From Bacillota bacterium (GTDB lineage: Bacteria > Bacillota > Clostridia > Monoglobales > Firm-18), in assembly GCA_023228885.1 (NCBI GenBank), contig JALOAJ010000003.1, forward strand, positions 15,827 through 79,826: 64,000 bases of DNA, written 5' to 3'. The position numbers and the translations under genes are program-made. The notes below the pieces were generated by a model. The model had not been told where the DNA came from. It made no database searches and was given only the letters and a program-made list of their open reading frames with translations. Shown here piece after piece: positions 60,958-64,000 of this stretch (position 1 is its first letter; each line of letters starts with the position of its first letter).

Positions 60958-61809
60958 ATGAAACGAATCCATTTTTTTGATATTTTTCTGTTTGCGTTGA
61001 TGATATTCATATGCCTTATTATGGTTTATCCCTTTTGGAATTTGTTTATGAATTCCATTACGGCGCCTGATGTCAATATGAGTGTGCTGCGCCTTTTTCC
61101 TGAAAGGGTTTCTTTATCTTCTTATGTGAAGGCGATAGAGTCCGGTGATATTGGGCGTGGGTATCTCAATACGATTGTTAGGACTGTTTTGGGAATTGGG
61201 CTAAATCTTATACTGACAGTTACGCTGGCATATCCCCTGTCCAAAAAACATTTGCCGAACAAAGCATTTATTACAGGGTTTGTTGTATTCACTATGTATT
61301 TTAACGGCGGGGTTGTTCCAAACTATTTGTTGATACGAAGCCTTGGGCTTTACGATACTGTGTGGGCGCTGGTGTTACCGCATGCCGTTAATGTGTTCCA
61401 TCTCATCATTGTGCGAAACTTTTTCATATCCATTCCTTACAGCCTTGAAGAATCTGCCATGATTGATGGGTGCAATGAATTTCAAATTCTGACAAGAATC
61501 GTGCTGCCCCTCTCAAAATCCATTATGGCAACCCTGTTGCTTTGGGCAGCTGTATTCCATTGGAATGCGTGGTTTGATGCCATGATTTACATAAAAAGCA
61601 GTGAAAAGCAGGTTTTACAAACCATTATGCGGCGTGTGGTGTTAGGGTCTATGAGCGGTTCGGCTAACGGTGCATTTGAGGAGCTTGTAAATCCGGAAAA
61701 TATTAAAGCCGCAACCATTATGCTGACTGTCGGGCCAATTATAGTGGTATATCCGTTTATACAAAGGTATTTTATAAAAGGTCAGTTGGCAGGGGCTATA
61801 AAAGGGTAG
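60958..61809 (+). CDS. carbohydrate ABC transporter permease (LplC/CUT1-type)
   Basis: EAA loop EESAMIDGCNEFQILTRIVLPLS. AGGAGG RBS before ATG 60958. Confidence 0.85.
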   Translation: MKRIHFFDIFLFALMIFICLIMVYPFWNLFMNSITAPDVNMSVLRLFPERVSLSSYVKAIESGDIGRGYLNTIVRTVLGIGLNLILTVTLAYPLSKKHLPNKAFITGFVVFTMYFNGGVVPNYLLIRSLGLYDTVWALVLPHAVNVFHLIIVRNFFISIPYSLEESAMIDGCNEFQILTRIVLPLSKSIMATLLLWAAVFHWNAWFDAMIYIKSSEKQVLQTIMRRVVLGSMSGSANGAFEELVNPENIKAATIMLTVGPIIVVYPFIQRYFIKGQLAGAIKG

Positions 61810-61837
61810 ATTTTATAAAAGAAAGGAAGTAATTATA

Positions 61838-63391
61838 ATGAAAAGGTATTTAGCGGGAACTTTTATTTTCGCCGTAGCCGTGTCCGTGTTGGCAGGATGC
61901 GTCAAAACGCCGACAGCATCAAATCAGGACGAACGCTATACCATCTCGTGGACTGCGTGGCAGGCGTCTCCAATTGAAAGCGATGCGCGAATTAAAAAAA
62001 TGATTGAAGATAAGCTGAATGTCAACATTGATATTTGGAATATTGAGCCCACAAGGTTTGAGGAACTTTTGAACTTAAGGCTTGCCAGCGGAGAGGTTCC
62101 CGATGTTATACGAATACCGCAGGGATACGCAGGGCTTAATAATATTGTGGCGCAAGGGCTCGCGGCCAAATTGGACGAGGACATGATTAAAAAACATGCG
62201 CCGAATTTGTATCAGGAATATATGGAATGTGACAATAATTTCTTTAAAAAATATGGGCTTATAGATGGCGACTTGTATGGTATCCCCTTGTTGCAATGGA
62301 TACGCGGAAAGTACCACCAGGCGGTGGTTTATCGGGGTGATTGGATGAAAAAGCTGGGCTTTGACAAAACCCCCGAAACATTGCAGGAGTTTGAGGAGGT
62401 CATGTATGCTTTTGCCAAGGGTGACCCGGATGGCAATGGTAAGAATGATACTTATGGTTTGTCAAACATAGGTATGGATGTTGTATATGGGGCATTTGGA
62501 TATCTCCCCGGAAGCAAGGACAGGGAAATAAAGTGGAAAAACAAAGATGGGCAGTTGGTGTATAACGCAATACAGCCGGAAATGAAGGATGCCCTGCGAG
62601 TTCTTGCAAAATGGTATGCAGACGGCGTTATAGACCCCGAATTTGTTACCGGTGAAAAGGTGGGTGCGCAGATGGCTGTTTCGTTTATCAATGGTCGTAT
62701 CGGATTTACCTGCGAGGGACGCTGGTTTGACTGGGTTCCGGAACTTCCCGGAAGAAAGGAAGTTGCAAAGCTTAGAACAGGCTTGGAAAAGATAGATAAA
62801 AATGCTGCTGATTCCTTGATGTTTGGTGTTCCTCCCGTCGGCCCTGCCGGGAAAAGCGGTGCGCTCCAAGAAAAGTTGGTTACCGATGTTATGTACGCAT
62901 TCAGCGTGGATTTAAAAGCGGACGCAAAAAAAATGGAAAAGGTGTTTTCTGTAATAGACAAAATTTGTTTCGAGTCGTATGAGGGCGCCCTTGAAGCTTG
63001 GTTCGGCGAAAAAGGTGTTGACTGGGATTACGACGAACTTGGCATCGGCGACAGCCTTGATGATAAGTGGACCCCTGCCAACGCCTCTAAATTAGGCGGG
63101 CATACTCAACTTGTAATTTTCAAGTCCAATAAGTGGAAGGAACCTCCCGCCGTTATGGAATGGCTAAAAAAATATAAATGGGATGAAAACGGTATTACCG
63201 ATGACCTTTATATGTATCTCCCCTCCTCTCCGAAATATAAGGTTGATTTACAAAAGTTAGAGGATGATGCTTATATATCCATTATAACGGGCAAAAAGCC
63301 GATAGATTATTTTGATACCTTTGTAAGCCAATGGCGTAAAGAAGGCGGAGACATCCTAACCCAAGAAGCAAACAGAGGGGGGAATAATTAA
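61838..63391 (+). CDS. extracellular solute-binding lipoprotein (large LplA-type sugar-binding protein)
   Basis: 517 aa with lipobox VLAGC. The size and context are typical of the LplABC-type oligosaccharide importers of Firmicutes. Confidence 0.85.
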   Translation: MKRYLAGTFIFAVAVSVLAGCVKTPTASNQDERYTISWTAWQASPIESDARIKKMIEDKLNVNIDIWNIEPTRFEELLNLRLASGEVPDVIRIPQGYAGLNNIVAQGLAAKLDEDMIKKHAPNLYQEYMECDNNFFKKYGLIDGDLYGIPLLQWIRGKYHQAVVYRGDWMKKLGFDKTPETLQEFEEVMYAFAKGDPDGNGKNDTYGLSNIGMDVVYGAFGYLPGSKDREIKWKNKDGQLVYNAIQPEMKDALRVLAKWYADGVIDPEFVTGEKVGAQMAVSFINGRIGFTCEGRWFDWVPELPGRKEVAKLRTGLEKIDKNAADSLMFGVPPVGPAGKSGALQEKLVTDVMYAFSVDLKADAKKMEKVFSVIDKICFESYEGALEAWFGEKGVDWDYDELGIGDSLDDKWTPANASKLGGHTQLVIFKSNKWKEPPAVMEWLKKYKWDENGITDDLYMYLPSSPKYKVDLQKLEDDAYISIITGKKPIDYFDTFVSQWRKEGGDILTQEANRGGNN

Positions 63392-63394
63392 AAA

Positions 63395-64000
63395 ATGACA
63401 CGACCCAATATCATATTTTTTTTCTCAGACCAACAGCGTTGGGACACCTTGGGGTGTTATGGTCAAAAAATGCCTGTAACACCGAACTTAGATAAAATTG
63501 CAGAAGGGGGAACAAGGTTTGAATACGCTTTCACTTGTCAGCCGGTTTGCGGTCCGGCAAGGGCATGCATTCAAACGGGGTTATTCGCAACCGAAACAGG
63601 GTGTTACCGTAATGGGATTGCCCTTAGCCCGACTGCCAATACCATAGCGAAGCGGCTTAACAGCGCTGGGTATGAAACCGCCTATGTGGGCAAATGGCAT
63701 TTGGCAAGCACAAAGCGTGTGACAAATTATCGTGAAATAGCCATACCCGAAGAGCTTAGAGGCGGATATAAGGATTATTGGATGGCAGCGGATTTATTAG
63801 AGTTCACCTCTGATTCCCAAGGCGGCTATGTGTTTGATATAGACGGCCGCAAGGTGGAATTTGGCGGTTACCGTGCCGACCGTATTACCGATTTTGCCCT
63901 TGATTATATCAGAAACCAAGATGGAGAAAAACCCTTTTTCCTATTTCTGTCTCACATTGAACCTCATCATCAAAACAATGCCGGGCATTATCAGGGGCCG
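63395..64000 (+). CDS. Cys-type sulfatase (formylglycine-dependent); 3' end beyond the window
   Basis: My translation is MTRPNIIFFFSDQQRWDTLG...CQPVCGPARACIQTG...YVGKWHL.... The CxPxRxxxxTG signature is present and there is no signal peptide. The ORF is open to base 64000 and is absent from the track because no stop falls in the window. Confidence 0.85.
   Translation, partial: MTRPNIIFFFSDQQRWDTLGCYGQKMPVTPNLDKIAEGGTRFEYAFTCQPVCGPARACIQTGLFATETGCYRNGIALSPTANTIAKRLNSAGYETAYVGKWHLASTKRVTNYREIAIPEELRGGYKDYWMAADLLEFTSDSQGGYVFDIDGRKVEFGGYRADRITDFALDYIRNQDGEKPFFLFLSHIEPHHQNNAGHYQGP

Noticed and set aside
63410-63420. T8 homopolymer in codons 7-10 of the sulfatase as a phase-variation switch
   Set aside because: The run simply encodes the conserved hydrophobic IFFF stretch of the sulfatase N-terminal beta-strand, and nothing else suggests slippage.

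Overview
This window looks like a chromosomal stretch from a low-GC, spore-forming, anaerobic Bacillota (Clostridia-like) genome. The evidence is an intact pro-sigma-K gene, an [FeFe]-hydrogenase maturase set, SLH-anchored surface proteins and Gram-positive style RBSs. Nearly every gene is on the + strand. Most of the window is housekeeping: pheST, murJ, folD, guaB, dusB, pncB, uvrBA, proS, birA, lgt, tRNA-Gly, miaB, mutSL, miaA-hfq, the yggS-sepF-yggT-divIVA division cluster, ileS and hup. Between these sit envelope-glycosylation modules (O-antigen-ligase-like/GT4, and GT2/DUF2304-like/SMR-like/GT-C) and several visibly more AT-rich accessory patches. I saw no CRISPR array, rRNA, transposase, integrase or recognisable defence gene.

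Four places deserve a second look:
1. A 66-nt promoter/operator block occurs twice. One copy is upstream of three large SLH-anchored secreted proteins. The other is upstream of a sugar ABC importer plus a cytoplasmic Cys-type sulfatase. This suggests one regulon, possibly a Gram-positive surface-capture, import and desulfation locus.
2. A consensus sigma-A promoter is followed by a leader of about 200 nt and a strong intrinsic terminator, just ahead of the TM1266-hydG-hydE-hydF operon. I cannot match this leader to any riboswitch or T-box class.
3. A roughly 0.75-kb cassette of two small XRE repressor paralogs lies directly upstream of sigK. It is bracketed by two copies of a ~48-bp hairpin, and the sigK-proximal copy contains the sigK Shine-Dalgarno.
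4. A tandem pair of duplicated lipoprotein genes ends in an A9 tract. Downstream of the tract a frame stays open into an alginate-lyase-like gene that has no signal peptide.

All functional calls come from reading the translated ORFs. No database search was run.
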